This document shows positions 1 through 9,392 of a DNA stretch of 64,000 nucleotides, one piece after another. Every line of letters starts with the position of its first letter. Position 1 is the stretch's first letter. The stretch comes from Gammaproteobacteria bacterium (lineage in GTDB: Bacteria; Pseudomonadota; Gammaproteobacteria; Eutrophobiales; Eutrophobiaceae): the NCBI GenBank assembly GCA_965221695.1, contig OZ244905.1, forward strand, positions 3,136,001-3,200,000, written 5' to 3'. Both the position numbers and the translations under genes were made by a program. The notes under the pieces were generated by a model. It was not told the origin of the DNA and searched no databases. It saw only the letters and a program-made list of their open reading frames with translations.

Positions 1-82
1 CACCGTACCACTCCCGCCCTCCGCTCAACGCCATACGGGGTCAGGCTGAAAAGCGGGAGTTCAGTGGAATACGATGTCGCCC

Positions 83-175
83 GGAGCGGATTTGGACATC
101 CGATGGATGCCCGCAAGGATAGGGCGCATCAAAAAATCCTCAGCGATCATCGCATCAATTGGTGAGATTTTCGGG
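83..175. mobile_element. Right end of MITE family B (partial; left end not identified in window)
   Basis: Near-identical to 59515-59619 (ggagcggatttggacatccg...cagcgatcatcgcatcaattggtgaga.tttcggg); followed by TTAA, which contains the hemH stop codon. Confidence 0.75.
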
Positions 176-1189
176 TTAAGCGTGCGCCTTGATGATGTCG
201 CATAGCGCGGCAATATGTCGGGGATGATCATTCAGGGCAGGAATGTAGGAAAACAGTTTCCCCCCGGCAGACAGGAAAAAATCCCTGTTCTGGATTTGAA
301 TCTCTTCCAGTGTTTCCAGGCAGTCCGCGGCAAATCCTGGACAGATCACTTGTGTGTGGCTGACGCCACTCTTGCCCCATTTCTGCAGCAGCTTGTCAGT
401 ATAAGGCTGCAGCCATTTGCGCGGTCCGAAACGGGATTGGAATGACACAGTCCACATATCCTCGGGCAAGTCCAGTCGCTGTGCCACCAGGCGCGCGCTG
501 GTATGGCACTGTTCCGGGTAAGGGTCTCCTGCCAGCGCGTAGGCTTCGGGCAAACCATGAAATGAAAACAGAAGCTTGTCCGGCTTCCCGAACTCTGCCC
601 AATGGCTGCGGATGCTGCCCGTCAGGGCCCCGATGTAACCGGGATCATCGTGGTAGCTGTTTATCATCCTGAGCCCAGGGATACGCCGCCATGTTTTCAG
701 CGCCTCGGCTACCGCATCAAAGGTTGACCCCGTGGTCGCGGCCGAATACTGCGGATATAGGGGCAATGCCAGCAAAGTATCGATATTGCAGTTGCGCAGT
801 TTCTCCAAAGCGGCGCGTATGGATGGGTTACCGTAGCGCATGCCCAGTTCTATCCGGTAGGGTTTCTCAGCGCTATCGCCCAGCGCCGACCGGATTGCCT
901 CACGTTGCTTTTGCGATATAACCAGCAGTGGCGAACCTGCCTCGGTCCACACCTCGCGGTAGGCTCTGGCTGAACGGCGCGGTCGCAGCCTGAGGATGAT
1001 TCCGTGCAATATCGGCCACCACAATAGCCTGGGAGTTTCGATTACCCGCCGGTCCCACAGGAATTCCGCCAGGTATTTTCTTAACGCTGAAGGCGTTGGC
1101 GCATCGGGCGTGCCGAGATTGGTGATCAGAACCCCGATGCCTGCCGGCGTCTCGGATTTGAATTCCGGGTTGCCCAGATAGCCGGCCAT
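176..1189 (-). CDS. hemH: Ferrochelatase
   Basis: NLGTP, LYPQYS, FSFHGLP, QSRFGP.WL.P and FAADCLETLEEI motifs; ATG at 1189 preferred over TTG at 1240. Confidence 0.95.
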   Translation of the reverse strand: MAGYLGNPEFKSETPAGIGVLITNLGTPDAPTPSALRKYLAEFLWDRRVIETPRLLWWPILHGIILRLRPRRSARAYREVWTEAGSPLLVISQKQREAIRSALGDSAEKPYRIELGMRYGNPSIRAALEKLRNCNIDTLLALPLYPQYSAATTGSTFDAVAEALKTWRRIPGLRMINSYHDDPGYIGALTGSIRSHWAEFGKPDKLLFSFHGLPEAYALAGDPYPEQCHTSARLVAQRLDLPEDMWTVSFQSRFGPRKWLQPYTDKLLQKWGKSGVSHTQVICPGFAADCLETLEEIQIQNRDFFLSAGGKLFSYIPALNDHPRHIAALCDIIKAHA

Positions 1190-1236
1190 TTCTGGCTGTC
1201 TCCGGTTAACCGTATGCAGGCCAGGTTGGGCAGTTG

Positions 1237-1578
1237 TCAATGAGCAGTGGTTTCGGCAGACCCCGGGCCGGTCTGTTCGAGGATGGTTTTCAGTTCGCCG
1301 GTCTGGTGCATTTCCAGCACGATATCACAACCGCCGATCAACTCGCCGTTGACGAATACCTGTGGGAATGTCGGCCAGTTGGAGACGCTGGGCAGGTTTT
1401 GGCGCACCTCCGGCGCGGCCAGCACGTCGACATAGACAAACTCCACGTCGCAGGACTTCAGCGCCTGCGCGGTGCGCATGGAGAAACCGCACTGGGGAAA
1501 ATCGGGCGTTCCTTTCATGAACAGTATGACCGGGTTTTCTGAAATAATGTTTTTCAATTCTTGAATAATTTCGCTCAT
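1237..1578 (-). CDS. grxD: Monothiol glutaredoxin Grx4
   Basis: LFMKGTP.FPQCGFS, WPTFPQ, GGCD motifs. Confidence 0.95.
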   Translation of the reverse strand: MSEIIQELKNIISENPVILFMKGTPDFPQCGFSMRTAQALKSCDVEFVYVDVLAAPEVRQNLPSVSNWPTFPQVFVNGELIGGCDIVLEMHQTGELKTILEQTGPGSAETTAH

Positions 1579-1617
1579 TGCATCGTCTCGTTGAAATAAT
1601 ACGTTTTATCAATGTCC

Positions 1618-1643
1618 ACTGGATTCCCACTGTTGCGGGAATG
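1618..1643. repeat. ATTCCC-N-GGGAAT type short palindromic repeat (half copy)
   Basis: actggattcccactgttgcggg (1618-1639) identical to 8094-8115. Confidence 0.6.
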
Positions 1644-1870
1644 GCGCAGGATACAGGTTAGCAGGCAAAACTTACACAAAATCAAAGTATGCGTTTGCCC
1701 TGTCATATCAATTTTAATGCCTGTTATTATACATCACTTCGATGGATTTTCATTGTATACTTGCCCGGCATCGGAGCAATAGTATAATTGGAACCGGTTA
1801 GCAGTTTTTTTGGGAACCTCCCGGGCGGAGCTTCCCATCTTACATATAATCTTACGTTGGAGGACTGATA

Positions 1871-2476
1871 ATGAATCCGCTTAAAACCATAAAAGGCACC
1901 TTGATTTCAGGTTTTGTCGCTGCTGTGGTGATAGCCATTCTGATTAACCTGTCTGTGACTGATGCCGCCGCGGGCGCAATCAACAGTTGGTCGCTGATGG
2001 TCTGGCTGCATGTCTTCTTCGGGGTGATCTGGATTGGCCTGTTGTATTATTTCAATTTTGTGCAGACCCCCGCCATGGCGACGGCCGGCGCGGACAAAGA
2101 CGGCCCGGGGCCGGCCGCGATCGGAAAATACGTCGCCCCCCTGGCGCTGTTGTGGTTCCGTTGGGCAGCGCTGCTGACCTGGTTGACCGGCGCCGCCACG
2201 CTGGAAATCATGGGGATAGGTATTACCCATGCTTTCATGCTGGGCAGCGGCGCTGCCATTATCGGTACCGGCGCCTGGCTGGGCACTATCATGCTGTTCA
2301 ACGTCTGGGTATTGATATGGCCCAATCAAAAGAAAATTCTGGGAATCGTCGCCGCTTCGGATGAAGAAAAAGCAAAGGCCAGGGTAGTTGCAGCCACGGC
2401 CTCGCGCGTCAATACCCTGCTGTCCATTCCCATGCTTATGTGTATGGTCGGGCAGGGCCATGGATTGCCTTTCTGA
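1871..2476 (+). CDS. Membrane protein, urate hydroxylase PuuD N-terminal-domain-like family (no cytochrome c domain)
   Basis: WLHV..G..WIGLLYYFNFVQ, LWFRWAA, M.FNVW..IWPNQKK, SR.NT.LSIPML; several TM helices; no CxxCH; AGGA RBS. Confidence 0.7.
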   Translation: MNPLKTIKGTLISGFVAAVVIAILINLSVTDAAAGAINSWSLMVWLHVFFGVIWIGLLYYFNFVQTPAMATAGADKDGPGPAAIGKYVAPLALLWFRWAALLTWLTGAATLEIMGIGITHAFMLGSGAAIIGTGAWLGTIMLFNVWVLIWPNQKKILGIVAASDEEKAKARVVAATASRVNTLLSIPMLMCMVGQGHGLPF

Positions 2477-2536
2477 GCAGCACGAACGAGTAAACCAAAG
2501 ACCTGGATTGCCGGTGTGAACGATTTGTTCTCCGGC

Positions 2537-2579
2537 AAAGGGGACGTGGCGATCAATCGTATCACCCCGTCCCCTTTTT
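2537..2579 (+). terminator. Possible intrinsic terminator
   Basis: aaaggggacg...cgtcccctttt inverted repeat with short T tract. Confidence 0.45.
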
Positions 2580-2599
2580 ACTTTAGATGAAGAACAGCT

Positions 2600-3775
2600 A
2601 TGCCGGAAGCGATCATGCCCACCTATAAGCGTCTGGACATAGCGTTTGAGTCCGGAGAGGGCGCCTGGTTGATTGACAGCCGGGGGAACCGTTATCTCGA
2701 CGCCCTGAGCGGTATCGCTGTCTGTGGTCTGGGTCATGCTCATCCGGAAATCGCCGATGTGCTGGCGCGCCAGGCGCGCCGGCTGCTGCATACGTCCAAC
2801 CTGTACCGTATTCCACTGCAGGAAGAACTGGCTGAAAAGCTGACAGGGATTTCCGGGATGGAAAAGGTATTTTTCTGTAATTCCGGCGCTGAAGCTAACG
2901 AGGCGGCGATCAAAATTTGCCGGAAATTCGCCCGTCATAAACAGGTTGAAGAGCCGCTTATCATCGTTATGGAGGACAGTTTTCACGGCAGAACCATGGC
3001 GACCCTGAGCGCTACCGGGAAGCCTGAGGCGCGCGCCGGTTTTGACCCCCTGCTGCCCGGTTTCCACTATTTGCCTTTTAATGATGTGCCCGCCTTGCGC
3101 GGTCTCGATGAGCGGCGTGAACGGGTTGTGGCCGTTATGCTGGAAGCTGTGCAGGGAGAGGGAGGGGTCGTGGTTCCTGACCCCGGCTACCTGAAGGCAT
3201 TGCGTGAGCTGTGCGACCGTAATGGCTGGCTATTGGTCCTTGATGAAGTGCAGACCGGCATGTGCCGCACCGGCGCATGGTTTGCCTACCAGCATGAACA
3301 CATCCTGCCCGATGTCGTGACTCTGGCCAAATCCCTAGGCAACGGCCTGCCCATCGGCGCTTGTCTGGCGGCCGGCCCAGCGTCCGAAATGCTGCAGCCT
3401 GGCAGTCACGGATCGACTTTCGGGGGGAATCCGCTGGCCTCGGCTGCCGCGTTGGCCGTCATTGATATCCTGAGCAAGCAGGATCTGGCGAGACGAGCGG
3501 GCTCGGTAGGCGCGGCCATGCTGCAAGCATTGCGCGCGCAACTGGCGGATCACGATGGGGTGATTTCAATACGCGGCAAGGGATTGATGATCGGCATAGA
3601 GCTATCTGTTGATTGCGCGGCGCTGGTTGAACGGGCGCTGCACAAGCGCCTGCTGATCAATGTCACTGCAGGCAGGGTGACGCGTCTGCTGCCGCCGCTG
3701 ATCATATCTGAGCAAGAAATGCGTCATATCGTCGATACGGTCTGTCTCCTGATCAGGGATTTTTTAGGCGGTTGA
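2600..3775 (+). CDS. argD: Acetylornithine aminotransferase
   Basis: NSGAEANE, SFHGRT, DEVQTG, LAKSLGNG, HGSTFGGNP; adjacent to argF. Confidence 0.93.
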   Translation: MPEAIMPTYKRLDIAFESGEGAWLIDSRGNRYLDALSGIAVCGLGHAHPEIADVLARQARRLLHTSNLYRIPLQEELAEKLTGISGMEKVFFCNSGAEANEAAIKICRKFARHKQVEEPLIIVMEDSFHGRTMATLSATGKPEARAGFDPLLPGFHYLPFNDVPALRGLDERRERVVAVMLEAVQGEGGVVVPDPGYLKALRELCDRNGWLLVLDEVQTGMCRTGAWFAYQHEHILPDVVTLAKSLGNGLPIGACLAAGPASEMLQPGSHGSTFGGNPLASAAALAVIDILSKQDLARRAGSVGAAMLQALRAQLADHDGVISIRGKGLMIGIELSVDCAALVERALHKRLLINVTAGRVTRLLPPLIISEQEMRHIVDTVCLLIRDFLGG

Positions 3776-3776
3776 G

Positions 3777-4700
3777 ATGACGCGCCATTTCCTGACTCTT
3801 GCAGACCTCAGCGCTACTGAGATTGAGGCGCTGATAGAGCGAGCTATGCGGCTGAAACAGGCGTACAAACGCCGTGAATTGCAGCCGACCTGCGCCGGCA
3901 GGGTACTGGCGATGATATTTGAAAAATCCTCCACCCGCACCCGGGTTTCGTTTGAAACCGCCATGGCGCACCTTGGAGGACATGCTGTCTTTCTATCTCC
4001 GCAGGATAGCCAGTTGGGCCGCGGCGAGCTTATCGAGGACACTGCCAGGGTGTTGTCGAAGATGGTGGACGGCGTCATGATCCGAACCTTTGAACATGCC
4101 CGGATCAGCCGTTTTGCTGAGAATTCTTCGGTTCCGGTGATCAACGGCCTATCGGACAGTTATCATCCCTGCCAGTTACTGGCGGACTTGCAGACCTATT
4201 ATGAACTGAGAGGCGCAATCAGGGGAAAAAAAGTCGCCTGGTTCGGTGATGGAAACAATATGTGCAATTCCTGGATTAACGCGGCGAGGATTATGGATTT
4301 TCACCTCCACATAGCGGGGCCGGCGCAATACCATCCGACTCCGGAAATGGTCAGGCAGGGGGGCGCAAACGTGACCCTCGTTCTGAACCCGGAACAGGCC
4401 GCCGAGCAGTCGGATCTGGTTGTCACCGATACCTGGACAAGCATGGGCCAGGAAACCGGAAAAGAGAAAAAGCGGGTCTTGTTCGAGCCGTTCCAGGTGA
4501 ACCAAGCCATTATGGCGCTGGCTGCCGAGGATGCCCTGTTCATGCATTGCCTGCCAGCGTATCGCGGCGCTGAGGTGAGCGCAGAGGTCATTGACGGTCC
4601 CCGGAGCGTGGTTTGGGAAGAGGCAGGCAATCGTCTGCATGCCCAGAAGGCCCTGTTGGAGTTTTTGCTGGGCGGCGGACTGGAACACGGCGGAGGGTGA
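3777..4700 (+). CDS. argF: Ornithine carbamoyltransferase
   Basis: FEKSSTRTR, HPCQ, DTWTSMG, FMHCLP motifs. Confidence 0.96.
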   Translation: MTRHFLTLADLSATEIEALIERAMRLKQAYKRRELQPTCAGRVLAMIFEKSSTRTRVSFETAMAHLGGHAVFLSPQDSQLGRGELIEDTARVLSKMVDGVMIRTFEHARISRFAENSSVPVINGLSDSYHPCQLLADLQTYYELRGAIRGKKVAWFGDGNNMCNSWINAARIMDFHLHIAGPAQYHPTPEMVRQGGANVTLVLNPEQAAEQSDLVVTDTWTSMGQETGKEKKRVLFEPFQVNQAIMALAAEDALFMHCLPAYRGAEVSAEVIDGPRSVVWEEAGNRLHAQKALLEFLLGGGLEHGGG

Positions 4701-4737
4701 TGGGCAGATATTGCGGCTTTCTCCGGCCTGACGAAGC

Positions 4738-4783
4738 AAATCAGCAGCGCTCATCGCATCAAATTGTGAGAAATCCGGGTTAA
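4738..4783. repeat. Degenerate right end of MITE family B
   Basis: aaatcagcagcgctcatcgcatcaaattgtgagaaatccggg+ttaa resembles 59578-59623. Confidence 0.6.
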
Positions 4784-4792
4784 GGTTGCAGC

Positions 4793-5554
4793 ATGCATTT
4801 CCTTTTGAGTAATGATGACGGCTATCAGGCCATCGGTCTGGAAATCCTGATGCGGGCCATGCAATCGTTCGGCGCTATTACCGTGGTGGCGCCAGACCGG
4901 AATCGAAGCGGCGCGAGCAACTCATTAACACTCGATGCGCCGTTGTATACACAGCAGGTCTCGGACAGGTTTTTCTATGTCAACGGCACCCCAACCGATT
5001 GTGTGCACCTGGCCATTACAGGTATGCTCAATGACATGCCGGACATGGTGGTCAGCGGCGTTAACCATGGCTCCAACCTGGGTGACGACGTGATCTATTC
5101 GGGCACCGTTGCGGCAGCCATGGAAGGGCGTTTTCTGGGGCGGCCTGCCATTGCCCTGTCGCTGGCGGGGGAAAATCCGACCCATTACGAGACCGCAGAG
5201 AAAGTCGTCAAAAATCTGATCCGCAAGTTGCTGGCAGACCCTATCGATAATGATATGTTATTGAATATCAACATACCGGATGTGCCGTTCGAGCAACTTG
5301 ATGGTTTTGAAGTCACGCGCCTGGGCCAGCGTCATAAATCCGAACCGGCGATTCAGATGAAAGATCCGAAAAACCGCACCGTCTATTGGGTAGGCCCCGC
5401 AGGCGCCGGTGAGGATGCTGGTCCGGGCACGGATTTTCATGCGATTTCCGTCAACAGGATTTCCATCACTCCGCTACAAGTGGACCTGACCCGCTATGCG
5501 GCATTGACTCAGGTCAGTGACTGGCTGGCTGATCTGGAATTAAAAGAGATGTAA
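4793..5554 (+). CDS. surE: 5'/3'-nucleotidase SurE
   Basis: SNDDG, SGASNS, GTPTDCV, SGVN.G.N, YSGTV. Confidence 0.96.
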   Translation: MHFLLSNDDGYQAIGLEILMRAMQSFGAITVVAPDRNRSGASNSLTLDAPLYTQQVSDRFFYVNGTPTDCVHLAITGMLNDMPDMVVSGVNHGSNLGDDVIYSGTVAAAMEGRFLGRPAIALSLAGENPTHYETAEKVVKNLIRKLLADPIDNDMLLNINIPDVPFEQLDGFEVTRLGQRHKSEPAIQMKDPKNRTVYWVGPAGAGEDAGPGTDFHAISVNRISITPLQVDLTRYAALTQVSDWLADLELKEM

Positions 5555-5571
5555 ACTATCCTGACAATATT

Positions 5572-6234
5572 ATGCGGGCTGATAATTTTCAAGGCATAGG
5601 AATGACGTCCCAGCGTTCTCGGGACCGGCTGGTGAAACAGTTGTCTGATATGGGAATCAAGTCTGAGTTGGTCCTGGAGGCTATTCGGAGCGCTCCCAGG
5701 CATATTTTTGTGGACGAGGCGCTGGCCAGTCGGGCCTATGACAATACCGCCCTGCCTATCGGCCATAATCAGACAATTTCGCAACCTTATATTGTCGCGC
5801 GCATGACTGAGGCGATATTGGAATCGGGAACTCCCGACAAGGTCCTGGAAATTGGCTCTGGTTGCGGCTATCAGACCGTGATCCTGGCCCAACTGGCGCG
5901 CCGAGTTTACACCATAGAACGCATTAAAGCATTGCTGGCAAGCGCCAGAGAGCGTTTCCGTACCCTGAATTACCGCAATATCCTGGCAAAACATGGCGAC
6001 GGTAATCAGGGCTGGCCGGAACACGCGCCATTCCAAGGGATACTGGTGGCGGCCGCTCCCGGGAAAATTCCCGACGCATTGCCGGAGCAACTGGCCGTCG
6101 GAGGAAGGATGATCATCCCGATTGGCTACACCGGGGAGCAGAAACTGTTGTCCGTCGCCCGCACCAGGACCGGTTTTGTGGAAAAATATCTGGACCCGGT
6201 CAGTTTTGTGCCTATGCTCAGGGGAACAGGGTAA
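5572..6234 (+). CDS. pcm: Protein-L-isoaspartate O-methyltransferase
   Basis: QTISQPY, VLEIGSGCGY, FVPM; surE-pcm-nlpD synteny. Confidence 0.96.
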   Translation: MRADNFQGIGMTSQRSRDRLVKQLSDMGIKSELVLEAIRSAPRHIFVDEALASRAYDNTALPIGHNQTISQPYIVARMTEAILESGTPDKVLEIGSGCGYQTVILAQLARRVYTIERIKALLASARERFRTLNYRNILAKHGDGNQGWPEHAPFQGILVAAAPGKIPDALPEQLAVGGRMIIPIGYTGEQKLLSVARTRTGFVEKYLDPVSFVPMLRGTG

Positions 6235-6243
6235 GGCCTGGCG

Positions 6244-7029
6244 ATGAAAAAAATTGCCGGAATGAGTCTGTTGCTGTTCCTTTTGGGCAGCATCTCCGGC
6301 TGTGCAACGGTGGAAGCTCCCGTCACTGCGCGCCCGGGGCCGGATCGGCAAGCGGCGCGCGTCGTGTCAGCGGACGCCAAGCGTCAGGAGAGCAAGCGCA
6401 CCCAACATACTGTCGCCAAGGGCGATACCTTGTATTCCATTGCCTGGCGCTACGGCTATGACTACAGAGTCCTGGCTGCCTGGAACCGGATCAAAGAGCC
6501 GTTCACAATTTATCCCGGACAGGTCATCATGTTCAAACCGGCATCGCGTTCCCGTGCGGCGCCGGCGGAGTCAAAAAAACAGTCCCGACAGCCTGACAGA
6601 TCCAGCGTCAGCGCGCCCGGATCGAACGCGCCGGACAAGATCGCCACGCCCCCCCGCGCTATGCCGTTGCGCTGGCAATGGCCGGCCCGTGGCAAGCTCT
6701 TGAAGACGTCCACGCCTACGGCAAAAAAAGGTATAAGTATTGCCGGTCGGGCTGGCCAGAAAGTCGTTGCCGCGGCTACCGGCACAGTCGTCTACAGCGG
6801 TAGTGGTTTACGCGGTTATGGCAATCTTATTATTATCAAGCATAGCGCTGCCTATCTGAGCGCCTATGCGCACAATCGCGACCTGATAGTAAAAGAGGGA
6901 GAGACGGTAGCGGCGGGGCAACAGATATCGACAATGGGTGTTGACAGTAAAGGCGCGCCTGTGTTGCACTTTGAAATCCGTAAAAACGGCAAACCGATTG
7001 ACCCGTTGGGACAGCTTCCGAGCGCCTGA
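6244..7029 (+). CDS. nlpD: LysM/M23 lipoprotein NlpD
   Basis: Lipobox ISGC, LysM (GDTLYSIAW), degenerate M23 (YAHN, LHFEIR); upstream of rpoS. Confidence 0.9.
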   Translation: MKKIAGMSLLLFLLGSISGCATVEAPVTARPGPDRQAARVVSADAKRQESKRTQHTVAKGDTLYSIAWRYGYDYRVLAAWNRIKEPFTIYPGQVIMFKPASRSRAAPAESKKQSRQPDRSSVSAPGSNAPDKIATPPRAMPLRWQWPARGKLLKTSTPTAKKGISIAGRAGQKVVAAATGTVVYSGSGLRGYGNLIIIKHSAAYLSAYAHNRDLIVKEGETVAAGQQISTMGVDSKGAPVLHFEIRKNGKPIDPLGQLPSA

Positions 7030-7067
7030 CAAGCCAGGTTATAACAGCATAAACACAGAAGCTATTC

Positions 7068-8015
7068 ATGCCAGAAGACGATGATATCCAATCCTTGAAT
7101 CTGGAAGACCCTGGTTCAGCAAGATCAGGATCTGATATTGCCAGGAAGCCGGTGAAAGTCCCCCGGCAAAACAGTTTTAGCGAAACGGAACTTGACGCTA
7201 CTCGGTTGTATTTGAGCGAGATTGGCTTTACCCCGTTGCTGACTGCTGAGCAGGAAACCGATTTTGCCCAGCGCGCGCGTCGCGGCGACACCGAGGCGCG
7301 CAAACGCATGATTGAAAGCAATTTGCGCCTGGTGGTAAAGATAGCGCGGCGTTATATGAACCAGGGGCTGGCGTTGCTGGACCTGATCGAAGAGGGCAAC
7401 CTCGGTTTGATTCGGGCAGTGGAAAAGTTCGACCCGGACAAGGGCTTTCGTTTTTCAACCTATGCCACCTGGTGGATCAGGCAGACCATTGAACGGGCGT
7501 TGATGAATCAGGCCAGGACAGTCAGGCTGCCAATCCATGTCATCAAGGAGATCAAAATTTATATGAGAGCGGCAAGAAAACTGGCGCAGACCCTCGACCG
7601 CGAACCTAGCAGCGAGGATGTGGCGGCTATGTTGGATCGCCCGTTGGAAAGTGTAAAACGTATGTTCGGACTTAGCGAACGGACCACATCGGTGGATGCC
7701 CCGATAAACAGGGAAACGGAACGACCGTTGCTGGATACCATTCCGGATGAGCAGAACATTGATCCATCATTGCTGCTGCAGAACGACGACGTCAGGGAGC
7801 ACATCGATTTATGGTTGCAGGAACTGTCGGAAAAACAACGCGCCGTGGTGGAATTGCGCTTCGGCCTGCATGACAGAGAGGCCGCCACCCTGGAAGACGT
7901 CGGCGCGCAACTGGGCGTGACGCGGGAGCGGGTCAGGCAGATACAGATTGATGCGCTGAAACGGCTGCGGCGCATCCTCATGCGGGAAGGCCTGTCTTTG
8001 GACGCCCTGTCCTGA
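7068..8015 (+). CDS. rpoS: RNA polymerase sigma factor RpoS
   Basis: [37 protein letters not shown]; synteny. Confidence 0.93.
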   Translation: MPEDDDIQSLNLEDPGSARSGSDIARKPVKVPRQNSFSETELDATRLYLSEIGFTPLLTAEQETDFAQRARRGDTEARKRMIESNLRLVVKIARRYMNQGLALLDLIEEGNLGLIRAVEKFDPDKGFRFSTYATWWIRQTIERALMNQARTVRLPIHVIKEIKIYMRAARKLAQTLDREPSSEDVAAMLDRPLESVKRMFGLSERTTSVDAPINRETERPLLDTIPDEQNIDPSLLLQNDDVREHIDLWLQELSEKQRAVVELRFGLHDREAATLEDVGAQLGVTRERVRQIQIDALKRLRRILMREGLSLDALS

Positions 8016-8037
8016 CCAGGCTGGCGCCAGACAACCC

Positions 8038-8119
8038 CATTCCCGAGGAAACTGGAATCCAGTGAGCAACTTTTCCTTATAGAGGTCTTGTCTACTGGAT
8101 TCCCACTGTTGCGGGGATG
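8038..8119. repeat. Inverted pair of ATTCCC/GGGAAT-type REP-like repeats
   Basis: cattcccg...ggaatccag then ctggattccc...gcggggatg between convergent genes. Confidence 0.55.
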
Positions 8120-8159
8120 TAGGCGTTGGCGGATAATATCAGCTTCAATAGCTGCTGTT

Positions 8160-8534
8160 TCAGGCAATCTGAAACAGTGCGGCGACGATGCGGCGGCCTT
8201 CCCCGGACAGGAAATTGAAGGCCCTGCAGGCAGCGCCGGTATCCATGATCTCGAACCCTATTTGCCGGAGATAAAGTATTTCACAGGTTTCATCAGGCGG
8301 ATAAGTGATTGTTGCGCCGCCGCCAAATATCAGGATCTCCGGATCATGCTCAAGCATGGCCAGCAGGTGTCTCTCCTCCAGCGTCTGTAGCCGTTCCGGT
8401 AGCCGGCCTTCTATGACCGCCTCCGGCGTGACGATAATGTCCGTTGCGTATTCCGTGCCCGCTACGGTTATTGAACCGGGCGCATAGGCGTCGATGTTGT
8501 ATTCGCTTTGATTGAGATCCGCTTCAATTTTCAT
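8160..8534 (-). CDS. Mth938-like (Xcc1710-like) domain protein
   Basis: PEILIFG.G, EIMDTGAACRAFN.L..EGRR motif. Confidence 0.85.
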   Translation of the reverse strand: MKIEADLNQSEYNIDAYAPGSITVAGTEYATDIIVTPEAVIEGRLPERLQTLEERHLLAMLEHDPEILIFGGGATITYPPDETCEILYLRQIGFEIMDTGAACRAFNFLSGEGRRIVAALFQIA

Positions 8535-8586
8535 ATTGGCCCGGACTTCCGGTATTGTTTCATTTTACACTAGTACTCTTTCAGCT

Positions 8587-8621
8587 TAGGAGCCTCTGAG
8601 ATCAAGTCAGAGCTTCTTTAA
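8587..8621. repeat. Family A palindromic mini-element
   Basis: ttaggagcctctgagatcaagtcagagcttctttaa. Confidence 0.6.
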
Positions 8622-8732
8622 TACCAAAAATGGAACCCGATAATATGAAGAAACCTCTGAACAATCTCCTTGCCTATATCGATCCCAATGGGTATTTTAT
8701 CGGGTATCCGCGAATCAGCAACCAGGAGAACC

Positions 8733-9392
8733 ATGAGAATCATACTATTGGGAGCGCCCGGCGCCGGCAAGGGCACACAGGCCGCGTTGATCCAAGACCG
8801 GTTTAATATTCCTCAGATTTCGACCGGCGACATGTTGCGCGCCGCAGTCAGGGCCGGCTCGCCATTGGGGCTTGAGGCAAAAAAGGTGATGGATGCCGGA
8901 GAGCTGGTCTCTGATGGCCTGATCATGGGGCTGGTCAAGGACAGGATCCAACAGGATGATTGCCGGCGGGGGTACCTGTTTGACGGTTTTCCGAGGACCC
9001 TTGGCCAGGCTGAGGCCATGCAGCGGGAAGATATACAAATCGACTGTGTGGTTGAAATCGTGGTCGCAGATGATGAGATCATCAAACGCATGAGCGGCCG
9101 CCGCGTGCATCCCGGGTCGGGGCGCGTTTACCACGTCCTGTTCAATCCGCCGCAACAGTCCGGTATTGATGATGTCACCGGTGAGACGCTTATCCAACGA
9201 GAGGATGACCAGGAGGCAACGGTCAGAAAACGCCTGCAGGTCTACCATCAGCAGACTGCGCCCTTAATCAGGTTTTACCGCGATTTGAGCGGCCCTGATG
9301 CGCCGGTTTACCTGCGTGTAGAAGGCGTTGGCGAGGTTCGGGAAATAACTCAAAACCTGGTTGCGGGATTGGAAAAAATGCTGGACAGGTGA
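8733..9392 (+). CDS. adk: Adenylate kinase
   Basis: [24 protein letters not shown]; AGGAG RBS before ATG 8733. Confidence 0.97.
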   Translation: MRIILLGAPGAGKGTQAALIQDRFNIPQISTGDMLRAAVRAGSPLGLEAKKVMDAGELVSDGLIMGLVKDRIQQDDCRRGYLFDGFPRTLGQAEAMQREDIQIDCVVEIVVADDEIIKRMSGRRVHPGSGRVYHVLFNPPQQSGIDDVTGETLIQREDDQEATVRKRLQVYHQQTAPLIRFYRDLSGPDAPVYLRVEGVGEVREITQNLVAGLEKMLDR

